Shown here one piece after another: positions 37,965 through 49,731 of a stretch of 64,000 bases of DNA. The stretch is from Podarcis pityusensis (lineage: Eukaryota): NCBI GenBank assembly GCA_964106645.2, contig OZ067051.1. One strand, written 5' to 3'. The translations under genes and the position numbers were made by a program. The notes under the pieces were generated by a model. It was not told the origin of the DNA, searched no databases, and worked only from the letters and a program-made list of their open reading frames with translations. Each line of letters opens with the position of its first letter. The stretch's first letter is position 1.

Positions 37965-38432
37965 AGTTATTAGGAGTTATTAGGAAACCCCTATTTCCTG
38001 CATAGAGCTATGGTTCCAAGACTTCACAGGGGGGGGGGGGATATTGGTTGTTAAATGACTCTGGGAATTGTAGTTTTGTGAGGGGAATAGGGTGGGTGTG
38101 TCTCCTAACATCTCTTAGCACCTTTATCCAACTATGGTGCAGATGTGGTCTGAAAATATTGAATTTTCTATGTGCAATTATATGCAATGCTATTCCCATC
38201 TGCTCCATCTGCACTATACATTTGAAACTCTATTGTATCAATTTAAACAGCCTTGGCTTCCCCCAAAGAATCCCACCTCCCAGAGCTGCAAGTCTCCTGC
38301 AAAACCTCTGGTCATCTAGCAGCTCAATATTGCCGACACTGACTGGCAGTGGCTCTCCAGGTTTTCAGACAGAGGATATTTCCCAGCTCTTGCACCTGGA
38401 AATATCACCAAGGAATGAACCCAGGACTTTTT

Positions 38433-38484
<52 letters not shown>
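38433..38484. repeat. (AC)n(AG)n compound microsatellite
   Basis: Direct observation. Confidence 0.95.
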
Positions 38485-38488
<4 letters not shown>

Positions 38489-38785
38489 TTAAATGTATAA
38501 CAAACAAGACTAATAAAGTATTCCATCAATTCAAGGGGAGAGGGAGAGGTAAAGAAATGAAAGATAGGAAAAAGAATACAGTATATATATGAGGGCTAGG
38601 CATGCTGTGTGTCAGAGCTTTGTCTAAATGTTATGCAGAAGTCTGTAGAGTTGAAAGGTATGTAGGTTTAATTCATGCAAGGTGAACAATAAGTGCTCTC
38701 TTTTATACAATATGCATTGCATCTGGACCTTAAACATATAAATTGGTCAGGGAATCTTCTGTGAACATGAAGACAAATTATTTAA

Positions 38786-38824
<39 letters not shown>

Positions 38825-39419
38825 TTTTATTTATATCCCACCTTCCCCAGCCGAAGCCGGGCTCAGGGCGGCTAACAACAATAAAATAATACAACATTCT
38901 AAAATCATTTCATTATAAAATTAATTTAAATCAAATTGATGGCAACCATTGGGCTAGAATTCTGTGAAGATTTAAATGAAATAAAAGAATTTTTAAAAAG
39001 AAAGAACCTGCGCCTTTTTCCATGCAAAGTAGATGCTCTGCTTTCCCCACCCTACAGTTTAATTGAAGCTGGCCTATGAAGTGGTTAAAAATTGTATCTG
39101 TGAAGTTATATTTTGAAAAATGACTAAATTCCAGTGTGGGGGGAATCACAGATGGTCCCTGAGCAAAGACTGAGCCTGAAGTTGCCAGAGCTATGCAAAT
39201 GCGGCAGAGATGGCGGCTCCTCTCCCACAAATGGCTGAGGAGGGTTTGATCCTGATGCTGCTCACAAACGCAGCAGTCACTGCGTTGCAGTCTTGGCGTT
39301 GCACCAAGGCGGGCCCCAGCGCAGTTATGGTTTGCACCCCCAAAGTTACGCCCACCCACCATCAATCTGTAGTTCACCCTCACAAATCATCTCACTGTTC
39401 TGTGCTCTCGATTCCAAAG

Positions 39420-39556
39420 CAAAAGGATCCGGGCAAGATATAGACCATCTTGACTTCAAGATTGTGGTGGAGCCAAAAGACAGCCCATCCTACACAGTTA
39501 TCCTTGTGGCCTCATCCAGGCAGGAAAAGGCAGCCTGGACCAGTGACATCAGCCAG
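39420..39556 (+). CDS. RASGRF1: RasGRF1 exon 12 (PH2)
   Basis: ccaaag|[45 protein letters not shown]|gtaag; 137 nt; AAG acceptor. Confidence 0.93.
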
Positions 39557-40243
39557 GTAAGGCAGAGTCAAGCCCGGGGGAGGAGGAGCTACCCAAATCA
39601 AGGTGCCAGAGGATTGTGGGGTGAGGCACATCCCCACCCCACAGGCCACTCTATAAAGGAAGGAAAATATCCAAAAGAAGTTGTGGGGTGTAGCCCAGGA
39701 GAGGGCTTTCTCTGAGGCAGACCCTAAGCAATGGAATCCCTTCCACAGGTGCATCTTGCACCTTTATTCTTATTTATTTACTGCATTTATGTCCCACCTT
39801 TCACCTCAAGGTGTGAGGTACATGGTTCTCCAACTTATTTAACCCCCACAACAACCTTGTGAGGTAAGTGAAGCTAAGAGATTTGAATTTGCGTCTCCCA
39901 AGTCCTGGTCCAACATCCTAACCACTAAACCACACTGGCTTCTGTTATACAGATTTCTTTAGGGGCTCGCCTCTTTGCCCTGGCCTTTTGACACCTGACC
40001 TGAGATATGTGTTTTGGGGACCCAAATTCCTGTGGCTGTGATTTTTTAAAACTCTTTTAATGTTGAATTTTAGATGATGTAATCCACCCCAGGACCTGCT
40101 AGTGAAAGGCTGTTAATAAATTTAATAATACTATCATCATCATCATCATCAAATGAATCATTCAGTGTGACTATAATCTCCAGACCATCTGGAATAAAGG
40201 TTATTCTAAGAATAGTTTGGGATTGGGGGGTGGAGTTTTGAAT

Positions 40244-40600
40244 GGAGCCAGCATGGTGTACTGGTTAGAGCAGGCTTCCTCAACCCTGGCCCTCCAGATG
40301 TTTTGAGACTACAATTCCCATCATCCCTGACCACTGGTCCTGCTAGCTAGGGATCATGGGAGTTGTAGGCCAAAAACATCTGGAGGGCCGAGGTTGAGGA
40401 AGCCTGGGTTAGACTAGGACCTGGGAGACCAGGGTTCAAATCCCCATGCAGCCATGAAAATCACTGTCAGTCAGTCACTGCCTCTCAGCCTAACCTACTT
40501 CACAGGGCTGTTGTGGGGATTAAATGAGGAGGAGGAGAACCATGTGTACCACCTTGAGTTTCTCAGAGAAAAAGGTTGGATAAAAATGCAAGAAATAAAC
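40244..40600 (+). mobile_element. tRNA-derived SINE (Squam3-like) interrupted by a hAT hairpin MITE at 40271-40406
   Basis: TGGTGTACTGGTTAGAG..GGGTTCAAATCCCC head; MITE TSD GGTTAGAG/GGTTAGAC. Related SINE copies at ~29150-29340, ~39775-39940, ~53720-54030, ~59090-59300, ~63180-63357. Confidence 0.8.
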
Positions 40601-40794
40601 TACCGGTAATAATATTCTTTTTAAGGTGTGAGAATGGGTGGGCTTCCCAGAGTCTACGCAGACATCCAGACACCTCAGAAAGATTCACCAATGCAGAACT
40701 CTCTTGCAGAATTGCAGTCCCTTTGCTCTTTTCCACAGTTTGGAATGCAGCTTTCATTCTCCATCCACCTCACGCTTGTATGTGTGTATTTCAG

Positions 40795-40877
40795 TGCGTG
40801 GACAACATCCGCTGCAATGGCCTCATGATGAATGCCTTTGAGGAGAACTCAAAAGTCACCGTCCCCCAGATGATCAA
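40795..40877 (+). CDS. RASGRF1: RasGRF1 exon 13
   Basis: [27 protein letters not shown]; 83 nt. Confidence 0.96.
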
Positions 40878-41329
40878 GTAAGTGCCTGAGATGAACGGAG
40901 GCACAGGAAGGTAGTTTTCATGGAGTGCTTTTGATGTTGTCGGCTTGCAGTTCTGTTCTCCACCCTATTAGGAGCTGGGGTCCCAGCAATGCAATCCTGG
41001 AAGACTTGCCTCTGTTGTGAAAGGGATGTGTGAGCATCCCAGGGCCCTTGCACAACCTTCCCAGACCCCAGTAAGCAAGGCAGAAAGCCTAAAAAGCTCT
41101 TTCTGAAGCTGTTTTACCCTGCTCTCCATATATTTATTTATTTTTCAGCTGTGTACCCAAGGTTTCAATCACATAGGTGATCGGCTCTCCAGATGTTTTG
41201 AGACTACAATTCCCATCATCCCTGACCACTGCTCCTGTTAGCTAGGGATGATGGGAATTGTAGTCCCAAAACATCTGGAGGGCCAAGTTTGGGGATGCCT
41301 GCATAAGTAAATTAGGCGTAAATGGCTGG

Positions 41330-41745
41330 TCAACTTTATTTTTTAAAAAACTTAAAGCTTTTCCCTTTAGATATGCAATATGTTTTCAAGAAAAGCAATT
41401 TGCCAGGCCCTAAGATTCCAGCAATCCAAATTATTAAGATTAAAGGTCTTCTAGAATTTGGCAATACAACTCTGGGCTGAGATGAGAAATAAGTTATTTG
41501 TTTTTCAAACCCCGTACCGTTTCCATAAACAAGTTCAAAAGCACTAGGTGGAAAGATGGAGTAACAGTTTATTTAGTTATCAAAGAGATCTCAGCAAACA
41601 CCTTATCCCTAAACTCAGCCACCTTTGAGCAGTCCCACCACATGTGTTCATAGGTGCTAACTATGGGGCGGGTTGAGGTGTATTCTTGCTTCCTTTGTTT
41701 AAAGCGGCTGTGAGCAAGATCCTTGTTGTGGAACAGCGGCAAACA
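41330..41745 (-). mobile_element. L1 ORF2 C-terminal fragment (old)
   Basis: HMWWDCSKVAEFRDKVFAEI motif. Confidence 0.65.
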
Positions 41746-41901
41746 AATAAAATGATGAATGCACAACTGAACCAGCTTACCCTGTTTGTCAGTGAATGCC
41801 TGCGTGGGCCCCATGAATATTCTGGTTCCCCTATGTTCTGTGGCCAGAAGGAAATGATGGTTTGCTATGCTGCCGTTTATCTGCATCTTTGCTCTTTCCA
41901 G

Positions 41902-42150
41902 GTCTGACACCAGCTTGTACTGCGACGATGTTGACATCCGATTCAGCAAAACAATGAACTCCTGCAAAGTCCTTCAGATCCGCTATGCCAGTGTGGAACG
42001 GCTCCTGGAGAGGCTGACAGACTTGAGGTTCCTCAGCATCGACTTCCTCAACACCTTCCTGCACTCTTACCGGGTCTTCACCACAGCTATGATTGTCTTG
42101 GACAAGCTGATCACTATCTACAAGAAGCCCATCAGTGCAATTCCTGCAAG
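41902..42150 (+). CDS. RASGRF1: RasGRF1 exon 14 (REM, N-terminal part)
   Basis: [38 protein letters not shown]...KKPISAIPA; 249 nt. Confidence 0.96.
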
Positions 42151-42588
42151 GTGAGTCTTGCAGGGGTGTCACCTCCTCTTCCCCCTGTTGGAGGAGGATA
42201 CTTTCTCCTGAGAAATGCAAGATGGGCTTGGGGAGGTGAGGCAAAAACACCATGCATGGAGGAGAAGGCTATCGATGACTATTAGCCAGGATGGCTATGC
42301 TCTGCTTCCACAGTAGGAGGCAGCAACACTTCTGAAGACCAGTTGCTGGAAACCACTGGAGAGGAGAGGGCTCTTGTGCTCGAATCCTGCTTGTGGGTTT
42401 CCCACAGACTTCTGTTGGTCCACTGTGAGAACAGGATGCTAGGCTAGATGGGCAACTAGGTAGATTTCCCAGCAATTAGAAGTTCCAGCCTCTGTAATGC
42501 TTGGGGATGGGACAAAGGAAAGGAAAAGGGAAAGTGATATCAGGTGCAGAGAGTCAATGAGGTCTCTTCTGGTTTTGTTGCCCACCAG

Positions 42589-42962
42589 GTCTCTGGAGCT
42601 CCTATTCGCCAGTAGCCAGAACACCAAGCTCCTTTATGGGGAGCCTCCCAAGTCTCCGCGAGCCAACCGGAAGTTCTCCTCCCCACCACCCCTCTCCATC
42701 ACCAAGTCCTCTTCCCCAAGCCGGAGGAGGAAGCTGTCCTTGAACATCCCCATCATCACAGGTGGGAAGGCCCTGGACCTGGCTGCCTTGAGCTGCTCCT
42801 CCAATGGCTACGCCAGCATGTACTCCTCCATGTCGCCCTTCAGCAAGACCACTCTGGACATCAACAAGCTCTACGTCTCTGCCAGCAACTACTCCAACAA
42901 GATCTCCGATGAGGGGGATGCGGGCACAGAGAAGCCGGAGGAGACCCTTCTGAACAAGCAAA
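42589..42962 (+). CDS. RASGRF1: RasGRF1 exon 15 (Ser/Pro-rich insert)
   Basis: SLELLFASSQNTKLLYGEPPKSPR...EETLLNKQ|gtaagt; 374 nt. Confidence 0.95.
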
Positions 42963-43233
42963 GTAAGTGATTTCTGGAGGAAGGGGATGTTCCTGTGCAG
43001 ATCAGGGTCAGGAAGGGAGTAATAAAATTGTAGAACTGTAGGATCATCTAGTCCAACCCCCTGCAATGCAGGTATCACAGCTAAAGAATCCCTGGCAGGT
43101 GGCCATCCAACCTTCCAGTCTTAGAGAGTCCACCACCTTCCAATGCAGTCCGTTCCGCTGTTGAACAGCTCTTGCCATCAGAAAGTTCTTTTGTGTGAAA
43201 TCCTTAAGTGATGCCTCCGCTTGCTCCAACCAG

Positions 43234-43359
43234 GCCCAGAGACGTCTGTCCGAGAAGAGTCTGACATGGATCCCAACCAGAGTGATGAGGCAGAAACGGA
43301 GACCTCGCCAACCAAATCGCCCACGACCCCAAAACTGGTCAAAGGCAAAAACTCCTCAG
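43234..43359 (+). CDS. RASGRF1: RasGRF1 exon 16
   Basis: PETSVREESDMDPNQSDEAETETSPTKSPTTPKLVKGKNSS; 126 nt. Confidence 0.93.
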
Positions 43360-43745
43360 GTAATGCTAGCAGCCAACGAGAGCCCTCTCCTCCATGAATT
43401 TGTCCGGTCTTCATCCAAAGCCATCCAAGTGGGTGGCCTTCACTGTCTCCTGCGGAAGCGAGTTCCACAGTTTACCTATGTGCTGTATGAAGAAGGGCTT
43501 CCTGTTGTATAATACGGTGATGAACATCAGCTCTCAGCCATGCCTTTCTGAATACCATTGCACAGACCACTTGAGAGAGGCTGTTGACTCTTGTCGACGG
43601 GTGTTTGCCAGTGCAGTTCCTGGGGAAGGATCTGGCCCTCTCTGAGTCTCCTTTAACAGCCAGCAAGTGGGGAAGGAGTCCTTGGGGAGTGTTTCATGCC
43701 AGAGGAAAGCTCACTGCGAATTTTCTCTCCCTCTTCCTGATGCAG

Positions 43746-43916
43746 AATTCCCTTTGTTCTCCTATAACAATGGGGTTGTGATGACATCCTGCCGGGAGCT
43801 AGACAACACTCGCAGTGCCCTCTCGGCTGCTTCAGCCTTTGCCATCGCAACCGCAGGCGCCAATGAGGGCACGCCAACCAAAGAGAAGTACAGGAGGATG
43901 TCCCTTGCCAGTGCAG
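43746..43916 (+). CDS. RASGRF1: RasGRF1 exon 17 (includes RRMS PKA-type site)
   Basis: FPLFSYNNGVVMTSCRELDNTRSALSAASAFAIATAGANEGTPTKEKYRRMSLASA; 171 nt. Confidence 0.96.
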
Positions 43917-44627
43917 GTGAGAGAATGGGAATTCCTCCCCTTCTTGGGGGCCCCACCCCACTTTCTCTGCAGAGAGAAGAGGCCATGGGGACACTGCAAA
44001 AGCCTCATTGATTTGCATGCTCCTTTTGCAGGGTTTGTATCCTGAAATGTAGGGCATTAACACTTGCAATGTGCTGCTGAGGGATTTATTTATTTAATAT
44101 TTGTATATCACTATTATCATGCTTGTGTGTGTGTTTCACAACACCCCACTCTCCAAGCAGAGTGAGGTTCTAGGAGCTTACCCAGAATTTGTGTTTGCTT
44201 TGGAATGAAGTATAGCGGAAATTGTGGTGTCTTTATGATATATGGTTTATTTACACATATATACAACCTGAGCCTGCGATGGATGGGTTCACAACATTAA
44301 CACCCCAAGACGGCCTTGCTTTTCCTATAGCTACAGCCATGGATTCCCACAGAAATCAGGCATGGCTCTTTCTCTCTGCCTTTTCAAGCTGCCCGCTTCC
44401 TCCAGCTTTTAGCTCACAAAGCTCAGCTCTCAACTCTGGCCTTTTGCCTTTCTAACAGCCAGTTGAGGGAGTAGAGTCCACCCTTTTGCTATCTAGCACA
44501 GAACTATTCCCTTTATTTCCTTAATGGCTCATTTCCTCACCAGGAAGCTGGACTGGCTATTCCAGGACTTAGACAGGTCTTGACATACAGCCTATTCCCC
44601 ACCCCGTGCCCCCAAGCTATACATATA

Positions 44628-45032
44628 CCGTATTTTCCCATGTATTGGACGAGGTTTTTTGACTCAGAAATCACGTCAAAAACTGGGGTCACCCAATACA
44701 TGGACAGTGGCATGGGGGGGCGTGGAGAAGCTGCGCGCCACCAGCCAGCTTGTTGGTGGGAGTGCAACTTCCCCCAATGCCGCTGTGTGCGGCAGGTGCT
44801 CCCTGCATCATTTCCTGTGTGGCAGTATCAGACGAGGTTGTGCTCCCGGGAGCGCAACTTCCCCTGTTGCTGCTGCATGTGGGAAACGATCTAGGGAGTG
44901 TTTCCTGCCCACAGCTGCTTGGGGAGAGAGGCTCAACAACTTTGGGCCATCTCCCCTCGTTTTCCTAAAATTGAGTCCCCCAAAATAGGGGGGTCTTATA
45001 CAAGGGGGCGCCCTATAGACAGAAAAATACGA
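44628..45032. mobile_element. Tc1/mariner-superfamily non-autonomous element
   Basis: TA|CCGTATTTTC...GAAAAATACGA|TA termini; a related element lies at 54344-54602. Confidence 0.75.
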
Positions 45033-45376
45033 TATATGCAGTTTCAGCAATAAAAACATAAAACCACACAATAAAAACCATATATAAAAAAGTAAAAACA
45101 GACATCAATTAACCATTGTGGGAGGATGTAGTCTTAAACTGGGTGGAACAGAAAAGTTTTCAGCTGGCATTTAAAAGTTGGCACAGAAGGTGCCTGCTAA
45201 ATCTCACCATCTAGGAGAACTTGGCGGGTCTTAGAAGGCAGGGTCTGGGCAACCCTCCTGACCTCCCAGCTAGGTTGGAGCTTATCCTCCCAGGCATCCC
45301 TGCATGGCCTCTTCCCGTCCCGTCCCCTGCTCTGACACTGACTCAGCCTCCTCTGTGCTCCTTGCTCTCCTTCCAG

Positions 45377-45483
45377 GCTTCCCCCCTGACCAAAGGAATG
45401 GTGACAAGGAATTTGTGATCAGGAGGGCAGCGACCAACCGGGTCCTCAATGTCCTGAGACACTGGGTCTCCAAGCACTCCCAG
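45377..45483 (+). CDS. RASGRF1: RasGRF1 exon 18 (REM, C-terminal part)
   Basis: [35 protein letters not shown]; 107 nt. Confidence 0.96.
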
Positions 45484-45840
45484 GTAAGCTGCTCCCAGAA
45501 CAAGTGGAGGCAGGAAGCTGCACTGGTAATAGTTTAATTAATTCAACAGTCCAGTGATTCCAGCTTCTCGAAGTCTGATAGTCATTCACACCTCCCCCGC
45601 TACCCCCTTGCCTCTTAGTGTTCCCCCTTGATAACCCTACCATCCCCCAGGGGCCAATGCCGCTGCTCTAACTTGTGAAAATGCAGAATTGATATAGAGG
45701 GTGTTTTTTTAAAAAAAACTAAGTCTTATTTAAAGTCGATTTATTGAAATGAGTGAACAGGACTAAGTTAGGCCCATTAATTTCAACAGGTGTACTTTGA
45801 ATGTAGCTTAGTTGAATAACACCCAAATATTTCTAATTTT

Positions 45841-46200
45841 GGGATGCGGGTGGCACAGTGGGTTAAACCACAGAGCCTAGGACTTGCTGATCATAAGGTC
45901 GGCGGTTCGAATCCCCGCGATGGGATGAGCTCCCGTTGCTCGGTCCCTGCTCCTGCCAACCTAGCAGTTTGAAAGCACGTCAAAGTGCAAGTAGATAAAT
46001 AGGTGGGAAGGTAAACAGCGTTTCCGTGCGCTGTTCTGGTTCACCAGAAGCGGCTTAGGCATTATGGCCACATGACCCGGAAGCTGTACGCCAGCTCCCT
46101 CGGGCAATAAAGCAAGATGAGCGCCATGCTCCCTCGGCCAATAAAGCAAGAGTTGGCCATGACTGGACCTAATGGTCAGGGGTCCCTTTACCTTTACCTT
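45841..46200 (+). mobile_element. Sauria SINE immediately upstream of exon 19
   Basis: Full head and ACCTTT tail; TSD TATTTCTAATTTT (45828-45840 / 46201-46213). Confidence 0.93.
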
Positions 46201-46223
46201 TATTTCTAATTTTCTTTTTGCAG

Positions 46224-46336
46224 GATTTTGAAACAAACGATGAACTGAAGTGCAAAGTGATCAGCTTTCTGGAGGAAGTCATCCATGATCCAGAACTGCT
46301 GACACAAGAGAGGAAGGCAGCAGCCAATATCATCAG
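46224..46336 (+). CDS. RASGRF1: RasGRF1 exon 19 (GC donor)
   Basis: [37 protein letters not shown], ending AG|GCAAGT; 113 nt. Confidence 0.93.
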
Positions 46337-47065
46337 GCAAGTTACCCTCCTGCAGATCTGTGGTTGGCTGGCAAGTGAGCTGGCCAAGGGCAGGGCCGAA
46401 TCCCTGGCCACCTGGCTCCTCTCCACTGCCACACTCAGTGTGGTGTGGGTGAGACTGAGGGTGCTCATAGCCCAGGGTACAGTTAAGCGTTGAGACAATG
46501 GGCTGGGCCGGGCCTGTGAGCTGCCAGTTGCCACCACTTAAACTAAAGCAGCTAGCAGTGAGAAGGTGCAGAGGATTCTTCTTGGTAGTTCCTCAGAGTT
46601 TGGGCCCAAGAGGGCCCTCTCCCTTATTTTCATTGGTAGCTGCTTAGGTAGGTCTAGGTGGTGGCAACTGGTGGCCCATAGGAAGTGTCCCAGGAGAGGC
46701 CTCAGTTGCGCAATTCCCTTCCCACAGAGGTGCATCTGATACCTTCATTATACAGCTTCCAGGGAATGCTGAAGATGCACTTCTTGATGCTGGCCTTTGC
46801 CATTTGAGATGTGTATTTCCAGGACCCACCTTATCCCTGTGACTACAATTTGTTTTAGTTTCTGGATCTTAAATTGCTGTAATCCGCCTGGGGCCTGCTG
46901 TTGAAGGGTTGGCAGTACATTATTATTTTTAAAAGAGAGGGAGTGATGCTTTACCTAGGCCTTTCCACCTCGATGCAAAGAGGCTTCTGCGGGGAAGCAA
47001 TGAAAATCTCCCATGTGCTTTGGGCTCTTATATTCCAATGCTGCCATTTTTCTCTTGCACCTCAG

Positions 47066-47126
47066 GACCTTGTCTCAGGAGGACCCTGGAGACAATCAGA
47101 TCACACTGGAAGAGATCCTGCAAATG
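47066..47126 (+). CDS. RASGRF1: RasGRF1 exon 20
   Basis: TLSQEDPGDNQITLEEILQM; 61 nt. Confidence 0.95.
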
Positions 47127-47741
47127 GTAACTGTCCTCCCACAATTTCTGTCCTCCCGCAACTGGGTTGCAACAAAGAGCTGTGCTTATTTTTTATTTCC
47201 CTTCTGCCTTTATTTCCCTCCGATCCCTTTGTGTTTTTTGGGAAAGAGATGCTTTCATCGCCCACTAGTGAGCATTTCACAACCCAACATAAATGACGAG
47301 AGCCTACTGGGCTTTTTCTAAGTGTCTTTGGGTGGTTTTTGTGTAACTCCCCGGTCGTCATGCAAAGGGGCCATTTTAAGGATATGCCTGCTTGCACCAA
47401 TGCTGGAAGTTTTGGGGCAAAATTCTTCAACAGCCACTTTAGAAGTGAAGCAGAGAACAGGAATGTCCCTCCTGGATGGCAAGTGGGCAGCCTGCCCAGG
47501 AGTCAAGTGGCTTATCTGGGAACATCCTGCACTTTTCTTAGCAAAAAGGAAAAGGAAGTGAGGGCTTTCTAATCCAGAGCCCCACTCAAGACAAAACCAC
47601 TTTGGGAAATTCCTCCAAAGAGAAGAGCAGAACAGAGTAGATGTCACTTTACTTTGCAAGAAAGCGGAGTAGCAGGAGGCATTTTCATTTGCACAGGAAG
47701 TTCCTGCTTTATCCTGAGTCAGATCCTTGGTCCATCTAGGC

Positions 47742-47877
47742 CAGGGATGGCCAAACTTGGCCATTCAGCTGTTTTGGGACTACAATTCCCATCATCCCTG
47801 ACCACTGGTCCTGTTAGCTAGGGATGATGGGAGCTGTAGTCCCAAAACAGCTGGAGGGCCAAGTTTGGCCATCACTG
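47742..47877. mobile_element. hAT hairpin MITE nested in a SINE
   Basis: Palindromic; exact TSD ATCTAGGC. Confidence 0.9.
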
Positions 47878-48484
47878 ATCTAGGCCATATTGTTGACACT
47901 GACTGTCAGTAGCCCTCCAGTGCTTCAGGCAGGGAGTCTCTCCTCACCCTTACCTGGAGAAGCCAGGGTTCGAACCTGTGATTCTGTGAAGGGAAAGCAG
48001 ATGCTCTACCGCTGAGCTAGATCCCTTCCCCTTCTTGTGTGTGCAAAGAGGCAAAACTGGTGCAGAGTGCCAAGCACTTGAGGAGCCCCTTGGAGTGCAG
48101 GATTGAGTCTGCATGGAGTGCAGAGTGGCATTCCCCGCCCCCTGCACGTCAACAAACTTCTAAGGTAGGGCTGCCATACATCCGGACATTACCAGGATTT
48201 CAAAGGAGGAACTGACATCCAGGGGAGAGAGTCCCCACTTAGAGAGGATCCTCAGCATGAAGCAGGCCTCTGCAGTCCAAGCTCAGCACTACTGTCATGC
48301 TGCCTCTTGTTGCTGCCTCATGGAGATGCTGCCACTCTGTGGCACCTGTAACAGTGCCGGTTCTGTGAATCGAAGCAGTCGAATGGGCATATTTGGGGTA
48401 AGGCAATTTGTAGGTATTGCCCGCCTGGCCTCCAATATCAACAGGCCTCAGGGTGAGCCCTCTGTGACTCTAGCTGGTGCTGAC

Positions 48485-48486
<2 letters not shown>

Positions 48487-48523
<37 letters not shown>
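48487..48523. repeat. (CA)n microsatellite
   Basis: Direct observation. Confidence 0.95.
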
Positions 48524-48527
<4 letters not shown>

Positions 48528-48679
48528 GCATAGATGTTCACCCATTGAAGAAGAGGCTGAGCAAGGCCTGGGAGGAAAAGGGATCTCCCCATAGCAGCTC
48601 TCTGAGTCTTTGCTTTCTACCAGCAGATTCTGCGCTTGTTGTCTTTGCTTCCATTGAGGGCTGTCTTCTTTCTCTCCAG

Positions 48680-48783
48680 GCTGCGGGAGTCAAGGCAGAG
48701 CCCTTTGAAAACCACTCTGCTTTGGAAATCGCAGAGCAGATGACTTTGCTGGATCACCTGGTCTTCAAAACCATCCCTTATGA
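48680..48783 (+). CDS. RASGRF1: RasGRF1 exon 21 (CDC25 start)
   Basis: AAGVKAEPFENHSALEIAEQMTLLDHLVFKTIPY; 104 nt. Confidence 0.96.
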
Positions 48784-49123
48784 GTGAGTCACAAAGAGGC
48801 TTCTGTTTTCCTCCTTTCCATCTCTGGCATGTATGGAGAAGGCAATATTTATTTCATTTCATTTCATTTCTCTTCTTTGCCTTTTTCTCCAAAGAGCTCA
48901 AGGTGGCAGACATGTTTCCCTGCCCCCCCCCATTTAATCCCCACGGCATCCCTGTGAGGTAGGTTAGGATCCCAATCCTAGGCTCAGATCCTGCTGGCTG
49001 GTTTCCCATGGGTACCTCTGGGTATCCACTGTGAGAACAGGATGCTGGACTAGATTTGGCCATTTGGCCTGATCCAGCAGGCTCTTCTAACATTTTTATA
49101 TTCTTACCACTTTGCATTTTCAG

Positions 49124-49208
49124 AGAGTTCTTTGGGCAAGGCTGGATGAAGTTGGAGAAGAACGAGAGGACTCCGTACATCATGAAGAACACCAAGCACT
49201 TCAATGAT
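49124..49208 (+). CDS. RASGRF1: RasGRF1 exon 22 (CDC25)
   Basis: [28 protein letters not shown]; 85 nt. Confidence 0.96.
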
Positions 49209-49354
49209 GTGAGTTTGGGCTCTAGGGCTCTGAACAGCTTTGGAGGAGCCCAGATGCAAGAGGGACTGCTCCCAATTTGGGGAAGAGGGAGCGGTGTTGC
49301 ATAGCATTGCAGTCAGTGGGTGGCCAGGCTGGGGCAGTCCTTGTTCCCAGATCT

Positions 49355-49731
49355 GCCTCTGTGGTGTAGTGGTTAAGAGCGGTGGACTCGTAATCTGGTG
49401 ACCGGGTTCGCTTCCCCGCTCCTCCACATGCAGCTGCTGGGTGACCTTGGGCCATTCACACTTCTCTGAAGTCTCTCAGCCTCACTCACCTCACAGAGTG
49501 TTTGTTGCTGGGGAGGAAGGGAAAGGAGAACGTTAGCCGCTTTGAGACTCCTTCGGGTAGTGATAAAGCGGGATATCAAATCCAAACTCTTCTTCTTCTT
49601 CTCAGCCTCACTCACCCCACAGAGTGTTTGTTGTGGGGGAGGAAGGGAAAGGAGAATGTTAGCCACTTTGAGACTCCTTATGGAGAGTGAAAGGCAGGAT
49701 ATCAAGTCTAAACTCCTCCTCCTCCTCCTCC
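49355..49731 (+). mobile_element. Squam3-like SINE with tandem second 3' half
   Basis: tRNA head, body and (CTT)n tail, then the body repeated with a (CCT)n tail. Confidence 0.8.

Noticed and set aside
49355-49430. tRNA genes at SINE heads
   Set aside because: A/B boxes continue into SINE bodies and tails; no complete cloverleaf with terminator.
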